Assembly (NCBI GenBank): GCA_021432655.1
Contig: MU271228.1
Span: 62,001 to 126,000 of the forward strand
DNA: 64,000 nt
Direction of reading: 5' to 3'
Source: Atractiella rhizophila
Taxonomy: Eukaryota
The notes beneath the pieces are model-generated. The model was not told where the DNA came from. It saw nothing but the letters and a program-made list of their open reading frames with translations, and ran no database searches. Below are positions 23,345 through 34,168 of this stretch, in pieces. Both the position numbers and the translations under genes were made by a program. Every line of letters starts with the position of its first letter. Position 1 is the first letter of the stretch.

Positions 23345-25484
23345 TTACTCCTTCTTGCGCGTGAGTTTAATCTTCACATCTCCAATCCCGAAAGCAGTTC
23401 CATAGTTTTTATCGACCCACGCTGTACCAACATCATTAATTCAGTGCAGAATTCAACTTAAGGTGCTAACCTGGCCAGACCCCAACGCCATCGAATCCCA
23501 CACCTTCTTCTTTGGCAGGCAACCCAATGAACTCATATTCATAGTCTTCGAGTAGAGAACGGAGAAACAAATCCGCAGCTGTGCCCTTAAAAATCTTCTC
23601 TCCCTATTCCCAAGAACCATAATCAGCGCATGATGGGCAAACAGACGTCAAAGGGCATACAGGACAAACGTGTTCTCCTTTTCCAAACTGGAAGAAAGTC
23701 CCATTCCTGATCAGATCAATGGCACGCTGTCCATCATCTGCCTCCAAGAATCTTTCAGGCCTGAACTTATCTGGCTCATCAAAATACAAGGGATTGTGAT
23801 GGGTAGCTGCAGCGGGAGAAGAGGTAATGGCCGTTCCAGGAGGGATCTTGTATCCCTCCACTTCGATCCAACGGCGCTTGTTCGTGAGCCTGAGTGAGTT
23901 CAAGAATCCGTAAAGTCGACCCGTCTCTCGAATACATGCCTCGATGTAAGGTTTTCGTTCTCCAATAGCAGGGTGAGCAGCGATATCCTCTTTCCACTTT
24001 GAAGCGATAGGGCTCTTTGAGTCCTTTGCGTGAAGGAGCATCCAAGATAAGGTCGGTGTAGTGTTGGCCCAAAGAGCGAAGATGAGGATGAGGAATAGTC
24101 CAGGGAGAGCATCGACGGCTTCCTTTCCCTCCTTCTGCCTAATGATAAAGGCCATCAAGTCATGTCTCCTTTCCCCTCCTTCCTCTCCCTCCTCGAGCAA
24201 CGCATCAATCTCATCCTTCAGCAAAACTCTCAGTCTCCTCACAGCCCCGTTCACTCTCTTCCCTCCTTCAAAGACGTCCCAGGCCCAGACGGGGACGCAA
24301 CGGATTCTCCAATCCAATGGTCCTTCGACAAAGTCGTAGCAAAGCTTGATGAGCTCCTGTTGATGTTTTGCAACAAAGGCAGGTCCAAACATGACATGAC
24401 AAGCATGATGGAAGACGAGTGTGCTGGTGCTCTCGAAGATGGGGACCCCTTCTGGATGGCCGGCCCAGGTGTCAAAGTGGGATTTGGCGAGTCCAGCCAT
24501 GGAAGAGAGATATCCGTTCACGCGTCCTGGTCCCAGCAGGCCAGAGCGGACGTAACGTGTAATATGACTGTGAAACCAGTGGCCGTCCTTGTAGTCTATC
24601 ACTGAAGGAATGGTCAGTTAAACCCAAAGGAGGGTCAAAGAAACTTGGAATTTCGAGCCAGCTCCGGCTACTCTTGGACACTGTGATAGCGACATGTTTT
24701 GAGTAGTCGTCATATGAACCTCCTTTATCCCAGCATGGACACATGGAGGGCATCCAACACGATAGTAGTAGACTATCCTGTCATGGAAGGAAATACAATG
24801 ACTCCTGTGCTGTTCCAATACTGCCAGGAAAGCAAAGCATGCTAGATGTTCAAGCATGCTATACCTTTCTACACCAGCCAGAGGCAAGAGTTCCATTGTT
24901 AAAGTCGCACTTCAAGATAGTTCACATCGTAAGATGGGTCAAGCAACGCGACTCTCAATTTCGGACAAATCATTCTTGTCACTCTGTGCATGTAAGCTAT
25001 TGTTATCGACATAGAAAAGATGTCGATGGACGTTCTCTCCGTTACTCGCAAGTGATTCTCAATTTCAGAATCTCACTGAGAAACGTTGTAGGAGTGGCCA
25101 GGCCAATAATATAAAACCCTAACCCACTTCACTCAAAAAAGAAGCTTACGTACCCTTTTGCACCTCCTTCCCCAACACTAATGCAACATATTGAACAAAG
25201 CTAGCTTCATCCTCTTTACAATTTGCGACGTCAACTACTCCATCGAGCTTCATGAAGAAGATGAATCTGAAGAAGAGTAAATCGAGCTGGAACACTGGTC
25301 CGAGTTCCTTCTCCGTCCTCTGCAAGAAGCCAATCGGGTCAGTCGCATATGCGATCATGGCGTCGTAGCGACCGCGCAGAGAAATTCCGCCTGCGAGAGG
25401 GATGGACCGAGAAATGGGACCCAGACGGAGGTAGAGCTTGTAGATGAGGAAAGAGAGGAGAGTCACTGTCACCGTGAGCCACAT
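23345..25484 (-). CDS. Cytochrome P450 with an atypical Asn-containing I-helix
   Basis: N-terminal TM anchor, ExxR (IRETGR), PERF and heme motif FGKGEHVCP-G; first intron is 552 nt (24602-25153). Confidence 0.92.
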
Positions 25485-26465
25485 CTTGAATGTGTTCGAT
25501 TCGGTCGATTTTAAGATAGTCTAAAGTCTCGTTAGATGGCAGAGCTGGGGAGCTGTGGTGGTTCGAGGTGCACATGTTGTTACTTGTTATTGTTGTGAAG
25601 GGAAGAAGTTGGAAGTTGATGGTCTTTGTTATCTTTTCCGAATCAGTGGTACGATCGGTACCTTTTCCATTGTGCCGGCTCAGAAATCCTGCAGCAAATA
25701 AAACGACGATCCAGCACCTTGACAGCTCCCCTCGCGTTCAGCGTTCACTTGTGGTCTTGTATATAGGGCCGTCGAGGCATTGCGAAGGAAAGAAACTGGG
25801 GATTTTCAGGAGAAAGGGAGGTTGTGACTGAGTCGGTAGGGTCAGCGTGAGTTCTTTCCAGCATTTCTGAGCATGGATGGGCTGTTGCACTGTTCTTGGC
25901 AAGAAGGGTACAGTGTGACTGCAAATCATACCTGTGACAGTCTGGTTAGGAGGGAAATTGGAAATGTAACCTTTCACTGACATTGTCATCTCCATGTTGA
26001 GTTTGTGACCCAAAGATATCAAACAGAATTGAACAGTAACATGCAAGGAAGGATATTACTTTCATGAATGTGTCAGGGGATATGTGGCAACCTGACTTAC
26101 GAGCACAGTAGATGTTGGGGGATGAACGCCACTTGACGTCAAGTTCTGCTTTCAAAGAGCTGGCAACTTAATGATTCGAGGAGCGTCTGGCTGCCATAGA
26201 AGTGACAGAGATTCTGGAGCTTCGATTGTTGTTAGGATAATGTACAAGAAGGCGCGCATGTGGCCCCGAAATGTCAAGGTGTGGTTGTCTAAAGCCGCCT
26301 TGGTTGTACTTGTCCTTTTCGATCGCATTTACCGCAAATATATGATACAATGATATCTTCAGCTCCAACGAGCATAGATTGCGTACTTATAGACTCTTAT
26401 TGTGCTTCATTACCCGTGAGGTCAATTATTTACGCACTTTGTTGGATTAGGCACGCGATAAAAGA

Positions 26466-27645
26466 ATGTACGATCCCAATTCCGCACTCTACGATCATTA
26501 CTACGTGCCCGCGCACGGTATGGGATCAACATCGACCTCCAACATACCGCATGATCCCTATGCTTACTCTGGCACAAGTTCGTCAACGATGATGAGCTAT
26601 TCGCACACGCAACAAACACACGCCACCACCTCTTCCGTCTCACTTCCACTTGCTCCCTCGCTTGCAGCTCCTTCATTTCAGCAACAGTTGAAAGATGAAG
26701 AGCACGACGCTCCACTCGGCGGAAGGAGCGCCTCTACACTTGCATTCACGAAACGAAGGAACTGGTCCACTCGTCTTTTCTCCGCCCTTCCTGTCACGTT
26801 ATTGCTCGTCCATTCATCAGGAAAGATAATGTTCAGCAGCGCGTCTGCGACTGGAGCTGGTGGCGGCGGCGATTTCGTCGAAATGCTTCATCCTGGGGAC
26901 AGAGAGCGCATACGTTCCCTGCTTCGGGGAAATTCGAAATGGGAGGAAATAGTGCGTCTCGCTTCTCCTCCCCCCACTGGGGCAGGGGGACAAGTGGTGG
27001 AGCTCTCATTTAAGAAGGTGGAGGGGGTGGATGGGGTATGGATTGGACGGGTTTGGGTTGATACGGTTACGGCTGGGAGGGAGAGTAGGATGGAGGACTT
27101 CCTCGCCCTCAAATTGGAGAATGAGGAGCTCAAAAATAAGTTGGAAAAGCTTAGAGAGGAGATGGACGGACGGGCTGGGGAGGGAGGGATCGAGGATACT
27201 CTCGTTCCGACAAATCTTCAGATGGGGCATCAACGTGAGCTTTCCATTCTCAATTCACTTTCTCCGTGTTAACGCAGCCGTGCTAGCTCTCCATCCCTCT
27301 CACTTCTCCCTTCCAATTCAAGCCTACCCGACACCGCTAAACCATTCTTCCTTCCCATCTACCGCCTTCTCCAATAGCACCACCACCTTCTCTTCTCTCC
27401 CTTCTCAGTCCCAACAACCCTCTCAGCAGCAGCAACTAGCGCCGCCTCTACATACTACTCAGCAACCGCCACCGGCGATACCGACGAAAGGAAGACGAAA
27501 GAAGCCAAAGGACCATGTCTGTCATGAATGCGGAACGACGGAGTCTCCGGAGTGGAGGAGGGGACCCAAAGGCGCAAAAACGTTATGCAATGCTTGCGGA
27601 TTGAGGTGGGGGAAAGAGGAGAAAAAGGGGAAGGGAGCGAAGTAG
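26466..27645 (+). CDS. wc-2: White collar-2-like PAS / coiled-coil / GATA zinc-finger transcription factor
   Basis: LAFTKRRNW pre-PAS motif, SGKIMFSS...LHPGDRE PAS remnants, [22 protein letters not shown] coiled coil and the GATA finger [30 protein letters not shown]; one intron at about 27235-27277. Confidence 0.8.
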
Positions 27646-28028
27646 ACATGATGCAAGGTGTAACAATAGTTCTTGTACTCGTAACCGTGTCATCAAAATA
27701 TTATCACATTCTCATCTTCCTACATACATTCTGGATTTTTCCCCCTATTGAGCGTCAGCTTCAACAATATCAGCCGAGTTAACTAAGTTAGATTCCCCGC
27801 TAGTTTCCCTTTGTATTTTCCTAGCTATTCTTGCATTTTTGCTCGTCTGCTTGGTAGAGACATGGTGAACGGGTAGTGAAACAAAACTACGGTATTAGTC
27901 GGGACATTCTAAAGGACTTTGACGTGGCTTGCCCGGTCAGCCTCTGTCATTCTTTCTCTGGTTCTGTTGCCTCTTTTTTTTTATCTCTGCAGCTCACGCA
28001 AACTTACGCCATCTGGAAAAAGTCAGTA

Positions 28029-28810
28029 ATGAGCATCAAATCAACTCTCATCGCCAGGGTGTCCGATGGTCTGTCCTTTCCTTCCCCTCAGAGATATCCC
28101 TTTGAGTAGCTAATAACGAATGTCTATGCAGGACTGCCACTTTCCGCCTCGGTCGACGAGCAGGAAGACGCCTCCTTGACTGAGTACAAGTCCCAAGCGA
28201 AGCTCATAATCCGTCGCCTCAATTCTCAGTCAGAGGACAAGTGTTCGATCGACTCCGGTAACGGGGTCATCCAGTCCGTGTTTCCCTCTCTCCTTCCATC
28301 GAACATGGTAGTGACTCTCGTTCAAACTGGTACAGCTACCTGATAAGCGAAGGAATCGTCTACCTTCTCATTTCGAGCAAATCCTATCCTCGAAAGCTGT
28401 CCTTCTCCTACCTCGACGAGCTCTCCAAAGAATTCGCACGCTCATACGGCTCGGAGCCTCTCCGCGTAACCCGTCCCTACGCCTTCGTGAAATTTGACAC
28501 GTTCATTCAGCGGACGAAGAAGCTGTACGAAGATTCCCGGACGTCCACAGCCGCCAAATCCAACCTCGACACGTTGAACGAGGAGCTGAATGAGATTTCG
28601 AATATCATGTCGAAGAATATTCAGGACATTTTGTATCGTGGTGACAGTTTGGATAAGATGAGCTCTCTCAGTAGCAGTTTGAGAGACGAGAGCTTGAAGT
28701 ATAGGAAACATGCGAAGGATATCAATTTCCACGCTTGGTTGAGGAAATGGGCTCCTGTCGCTTTCTTTGGTTTCTTTTTCTTTGTTTTCATCCTCTACAG
28801 ATTCTGGTAG
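28029..28810 (+). CDS. SEC22: ER-Golgi longin R-SNARE Sec22
   Basis: MSIKSTLIARVSDG-LPLSASVD, SYPRKLSFSYLDELSKEF, RPYAFVKFDTFIQRTKKLY, the SNARE motif IMSKNIQDILYRGDSLDKMS and a C-terminal TM segment. Confidence 0.95.
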
Positions 28811-28959
28811 CTCGTTGTTCCCCATCGTAATGCATTCTCCTTCATCCTCATACTCAAAAGAAACAGCCAACATCACGTGAACGCCACCTTTGACTCAACT
28901 TCTACATCCAATCGAAAGAAAGAAGCAGGAACAGTGCGCTAGCAAATCAACAACATCTC

Positions 28960-30807
28960 ATGTCCTCTCGCTCTCGTACCACGCGGTACTCCGTCCCCTC
29001 AACCTCCTCAGGAAGGCATTCCTACAGCCCAGCACAGCCGTCCCCTCTCTCAGGAAATGCTCGACCGCGTCAATCCTTGCCTGCTCGTCCGCCGCCCAAC
29101 GCTCCCTTCCGGCCAAAGGACTCTGGACAGCGCATCGAAAAGGTTGTGGAGGAGGCAGAGCGCTCGGACGATGATGATGACGAGGACGAGGAGGTGGGAT
29201 CGGGCTTGGTGAGAAGGAGCAAGAGTAGGAGGCAATCGATTGTTAGTGCTGGTGGTGGAGAGGGAAAGAAGTGGAGGGTGAAGGAGACGCGTTTAAGGAG
29301 GAGGAGGGTGTGGGATGGGTACGCGTTATACTTTCATCCTTCCTTATGTCGTTGCATGTAATGGGAAGACTGTTGACTGTTTTTGTCTTGTGTTTTTGGA
29401 TACCAAGAGTGCTCGATTTCGTCGCGCGTGTCGAGGGTTGGATAGACATGTTCCCCAGCGAAGGATGGGGATCTCCGTGCGTCTTCCCATCCATTCTGTC
29501 ACGCCGTACTCAATCATATCAATCAAAGCACCGGCGTAGCTCTCCACCTTCTCAGCTTGTTCATCTTCTATCCACATTCAAAAGCGACCCGGACAGACCT
29601 CTCCGGTTTGAGCGCAGATGCAAGGCTCAAGATTTTGAGAGCGGCCTCAAGAAGGGAAGGTGGCACTTGGGCACAGTGGGTACTTCCTTTCCTCCTTCTG
29701 CACTTTACTGGAGCTGATCCAGTTGTGCCATTCCATCCCTTGAAGTTGTGGATGCTTATGCTCCTCACTGTGGCTATAGTTAATGCGCTGAGATACACGA
29801 CGAAGAAGCGCGTCTACAGCTTATACACTCGATCTGTGAGTTTCCACAGAGTTTGAAAGATGGAAGAAGGATAAAAACTTGGTGGGAAGGAACGTTTAAA
29901 CAGCCCAAGCGTCAGATATAGGAAGTACACGCGGAAGGAGCTGTCAGCGAATGAAGGTAGCATTTCATTTCGGAAGAGGTTCTGGTAGGTTGCCAATTCC
30001 ATTTCTTATACCTATGTCGGCTAAACCATGGGCTGTCGCGGATGATGTAAAGGACATGGTTTCTTGAAGAGATTGTGGGATATCAGCCTAACATCTCCGG
30101 TCACGAAGACGAAGACGTGATTTTAGTTCAACAACTGCACATCTGGGATCCGGATGAGTTCACTTTGCATCTCTTCCGGTGTGTTTCCCTTTCTCCGTTT
30201 GCCCATTTCTCGATTCCATCCTCCACCCAGAAGGACGAGAGACTAATGTTTTATGTTGGGACGAAGATTATATTCTCCTCCCGTTCCTATCCTCTACTTC
30301 CTCCTCGAGCAAGGGAATGTGTTCATCGTCATGTTCGCCATAGCCATCATCAGCTTCCTCGTTCGTCCTTTCTCTCTCCTCACCTGAGCTCACGTTCTGA
30401 TAACTCACATGTGTCGTAGACCTCTTCCCTCATCAAACTTTATGATCAACAGGCGAAAGACAAACTCTTGGTGCACACGGAGGTGCTGCAAGAATACAAC
30501 GACCGCGTACGTTTCTTAACCCTCTCGCTCCTCCCTCTCATCTCTATTGTTTTCTCAACAGTTTGTCTACCCTCACGTCTTCCCCGTCAAGCGAGACGCA
30601 CAAACACAGACGGAAACAACTAATGCATTCGAAATTCCAGAACCAGAAGAAGGTGTACATCCCTCTCCGTTCTTATCCCTGCTTGGCAGTAGCAATGGAT
30701 TATCGAGCTTAGAAGGGAGTGGTGGAGGTGGGAGGAGGAGTTATTCCCCTGCGAGAACGGCAGGACTTGGAACTGGGGGAAAGAAGGGGAGACAAAGCAT
30801 GTATTAG
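28960..30807 (+). CDS. Nuclear rim protein Nur1/Mug154-like membrane protein, multi-exon
   Basis: TM segments followed by NALRYTTKKRVYSLY, QLHIWDPDEFTLHLF, DKLLVHTEVLQEYNDR-FVYPHVFPVKRDAQTQT. Confidence 0.7.
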
Positions 30808-30883
30808 ACCGACATGCGGCAATCATGTTCATATATACATAACATGGCGAGAGAGATAGGGAGAACAGAGGCGGAAAAGAGTA

Positions 30884-31183
30884 TTAGAGCGGCTTGGAAG
30901 GCAGGTCGGAAGGAAGGATTCCAAATCGCTTTTTGATGGTCACCTGAATGGGTCAGCGTCAGTTCTCAAAGTAAATTGAAGGGGAACGAGAGAAGAAGCT
31001 ACGCGATGTCTACTGAACTTGTCGTCGGGAGAAAAACGAGCTGATAGAATAAGTTAGTAGCGAAACGGTGAGGAGGCAGGACGAACCTGGATGTGCGGAC
31101 TTCGTGAGCTTCCCGTCAGGGGTGACCTTCTTGAGGGTGTACACTCGGTTGCCTTGAGCATCGAGGTAGTAGTAGAGATGCAT
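30884..31183 (-). CDS. NOP10: H/ACA snoRNP subunit Nop10
   Basis: Spliced [64 protein letters not shown]. Confidence 0.95.
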
Positions 31184-31609
31184 GCTGACTCGAAGAAGCA
31201 AGGGATACCAGCTCGATGAATCGGCGAAACAAAGTTTTTTGCTTTGCTGCGGATGAACAAGGATAAGTGCTTTCTCCGACCGCCACATGGCACTCTTTAG
31301 GTTTGAAAGTTGTGTAACGCATTCAGCTCAGTTCAGTTCAGGAGACGGAATGGGATTTCCCAGCGCCAAGGTTTGAAAATACTGACAAAGGCTTTGTATC
31401 CTCTGTGAAACTGCAGCGGGGCTCTGCATCATAACTTTGATAATGAAGCCGAAGTCTTCGAGTTCCTACTGGTTGATAAGAGAGGACAATAAAACGCTGA
31501 AGGTCTATATCTCGTAAAGGGGTTCGGGTCTTAACAGTTTAGGCATTTAAAATATTTGATGGCGCGTTACATTTTCAAGGACAATTGCTCAATCCTAAGG
31601 GAAAATAGT

Positions 31610-33816
31610 TCAAAGCATGTGCTGGTCCGCGAGGAGCGTCTCGCTAAACGGGGTATAAGGTGCGAATGTTCGAAGGCACTTCGGTTTTGGGTACCACCAA
31701 TCTTGATCCTGCGGTTTCCAATCATGCGGTCTGTCGCGTCGTGGCGAGTTGAAGTACGGCCATGTAGGGAGGTAGCAAATCTCCTGCACGCATTTTATCA
31801 GCACAACATCACAAAGGAGATGATACTGCTGAGGTGACGAACCTCGTTCGAACAGGCAGGGTTGCATACGACCCATTCGCTCCAATCTAACCAGTCGATC
31901 AAGCTTCTGAGCTCTGCCTTCCACCGTTGTACCACACTATCAACACTTTTCGCTCCTGAGGCTGACTCTGCTGCTCCTTCAGCGAGGATGAGAGATACAA
32001 CCCTACAAATCTCTCTAGCTACCGTGTCTACAGATTTTCGAATAAAACGATCCGTCTCCGTCTCCCCATCGGATGGAAGGTGGCTGGTAGGAGCCTCTGC
32101 ACACAGCTTCCAAATAGGTAAAACCCAAGTCTTGTTTGCCGCATCACCGCTGGTAGGGAGTAAAGTAACATATGGCGCAAGGTTGACGTGAGCTTGCAAG
32201 ACCGTGAGGTTGTAGCGCGTCTGATTGTCTGGCAAACTTTCAGAATTTGCGAAAAGGATGTGCTCCAACACTTTCAGGCGACGGGAATAGCGATCGTGCA
32301 ATCCCCTGACCACGTTTCGCCAGTCGACGCTGTTGGAGGCACTCCAGGCTGAACCCCATGACGCCTGTTCGAATAGTAAGATATCTTGTGCAGAGAGGTC
32401 AATCAATCGATGATCCATCCTCTTCTGCCCTCTGCGTGTCTCGATAAGAGATGGAAACCGCTTCGTGTCGTAAAAGGAGACGAGGTGGGAGAGGAACAAA
32501 TCAAAATGCTCGTTCCCGGGATAGTGATTGTGTCGAGAGCCAGCATTGATAGTTTCAAACCCATACCAGCGAGGCCACGAGCCGCCAGGCGGAAAGTCTG
32601 GAATAGGAATGGGATCGAATGTATCTTCGTCCCGAGGCGGAGGAAGAAGTGACTTTCCAGGCTTTTCCGGTTCTTTTGGATGTTCTGGTCGTCCTGGCCC
32701 TCCTGGAGGGGGAGGTCCTCTGGGTCGGTCTCGCACAACCCATGGGAGACGCTGCCAATTGACAGTCCTGAACGAATCTGATGTTGGATCGCAAATCATT
32801 ACCTCGCTGGAAACGAGACGGGTTGTCAGTTTCTTGTTTGATTCTGTGGGGAAACCGCGACGTACAAATCCATTTCCATCCTGCCTTTTCATCATCATGT
32901 TACTCAACGAATTGAAGAAAGTACGTGCCGAACAAATGCCTCAACCATCCACTTCTCACCCCAGGAACACAAATCCTTTAATCTTCGCTGTTCATCAAAA
33001 AAGCGATCAGACGTTACTTCTCCCCAAGCAACTAAGTCCTGAGTGTCCTACTTGCACAGATAAATTGAGATAGTAATGAGGTTGACAGCTGCAAGACAAC
33101 ACGAACCATGCTTCCGTAAGGCATCTTTGCAGCAGACGCTCCATCGAAATAGAGTATACGAACTGGACGTTCTAGAGAGATTGTGAGGTGCCATCCCAAT
33201 CTGGCGAAGCCTGTCGAATGCTCTGAACCACGAAACATCTCAGCAAACCACGTGTGTGATATGAGAAGCAGCAAGAAGGCACGAACCAGGTGAAAAAGCG
33301 AACCACTCCGGACCTGTAGGCTTTGTGGTGTTCGGCGCCCCTGGAAGATACGTGAGCAACTGCCATCAAGAATGAGAAAATAGCACGCACCATGGTAGAG
33401 GAGTGTACCCGGTTTCAGTACACCTGTTGCCTCTCAGTTGGCAGGAACATTTCGCGAGCGAGAAACGAGGAACGCGAACCAGGCACAATATTGTGTCCTT
33501 ATAATAAGGATTTGTGAGATCGTTTGCGCCGTCTGATAGCAGGTACAAGCTTACCATTTCGTAAACGCGTGTTCCCCCAGTGTTGTAATAAGTTTGAAAT
33601 GGTATCGAAGGCGAAAGCAGAGGTGTCGTCTTCATGAGGATGACTAGTGAGATCAGCGATGTCCCAGCGTGCTTCGAAGCCTGATTCGATAACTGCATCT
33701 GACAAGGCTGCGGGATGCAGTGGAGTCGATTGAGGCGTGGTTTCAGATAAGAACTTGAAGGGTTGCTGGGGAGGAAGCGAGAGGGCTGGGAGGAAGAAGG
33801 AAAACCATAACAGCAT
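31610..33816 (-). CDS. Conserved fungal secreted protein of unknown function
   Basis: Signal-like MLLWFSFFLPALS; spliced LLQHWGNTRLRNGHNIVPGVLKPGTLLYHG...GPEWFAFSPEHS...ILYFDGASAAKM; GFVR/EVMICD; VDWRNVVRGLHDRYSRRL; C-terminal LIDWLDWSEWVVCNPACSNE-EICYLPTWP...PKC. Confidence 0.8.
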
Positions 33817-34168
33817 GATGCCAGTGGTGGAAATCGCGGAAGGATAATCAACTTGATGCAATGCCTGCCCGAGGGCTAAGGTGGCGGACGAGGAGTATCG
33901 AATCTCGATGCGGCGTCGTTTATCTAGACTCTCGACTTTTACCTGCGCCGCGTCCATGTTCAATTCTTCGTTTTTCACACGGTCCTTCGGACTTACAAAT
34001 GAACAGCCTCTGGGAAAGGAATGGGAGTGGATTAAGACCTTGATTACCGAGAGACTAATACCTCTAATAGATAATGAGCAGGAGAGTGATTGCAAAATCT
34101 ATGTTACACGACAAGCTAGTTCATGAAATATCCACGAAATGCCATGCAAATGCAAACCGACAGGACTA

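Noticed and set aside
25115..25125. Telomere-like AACCCTAACCC
   Set aside because: Fewer than two full units; expected by chance.
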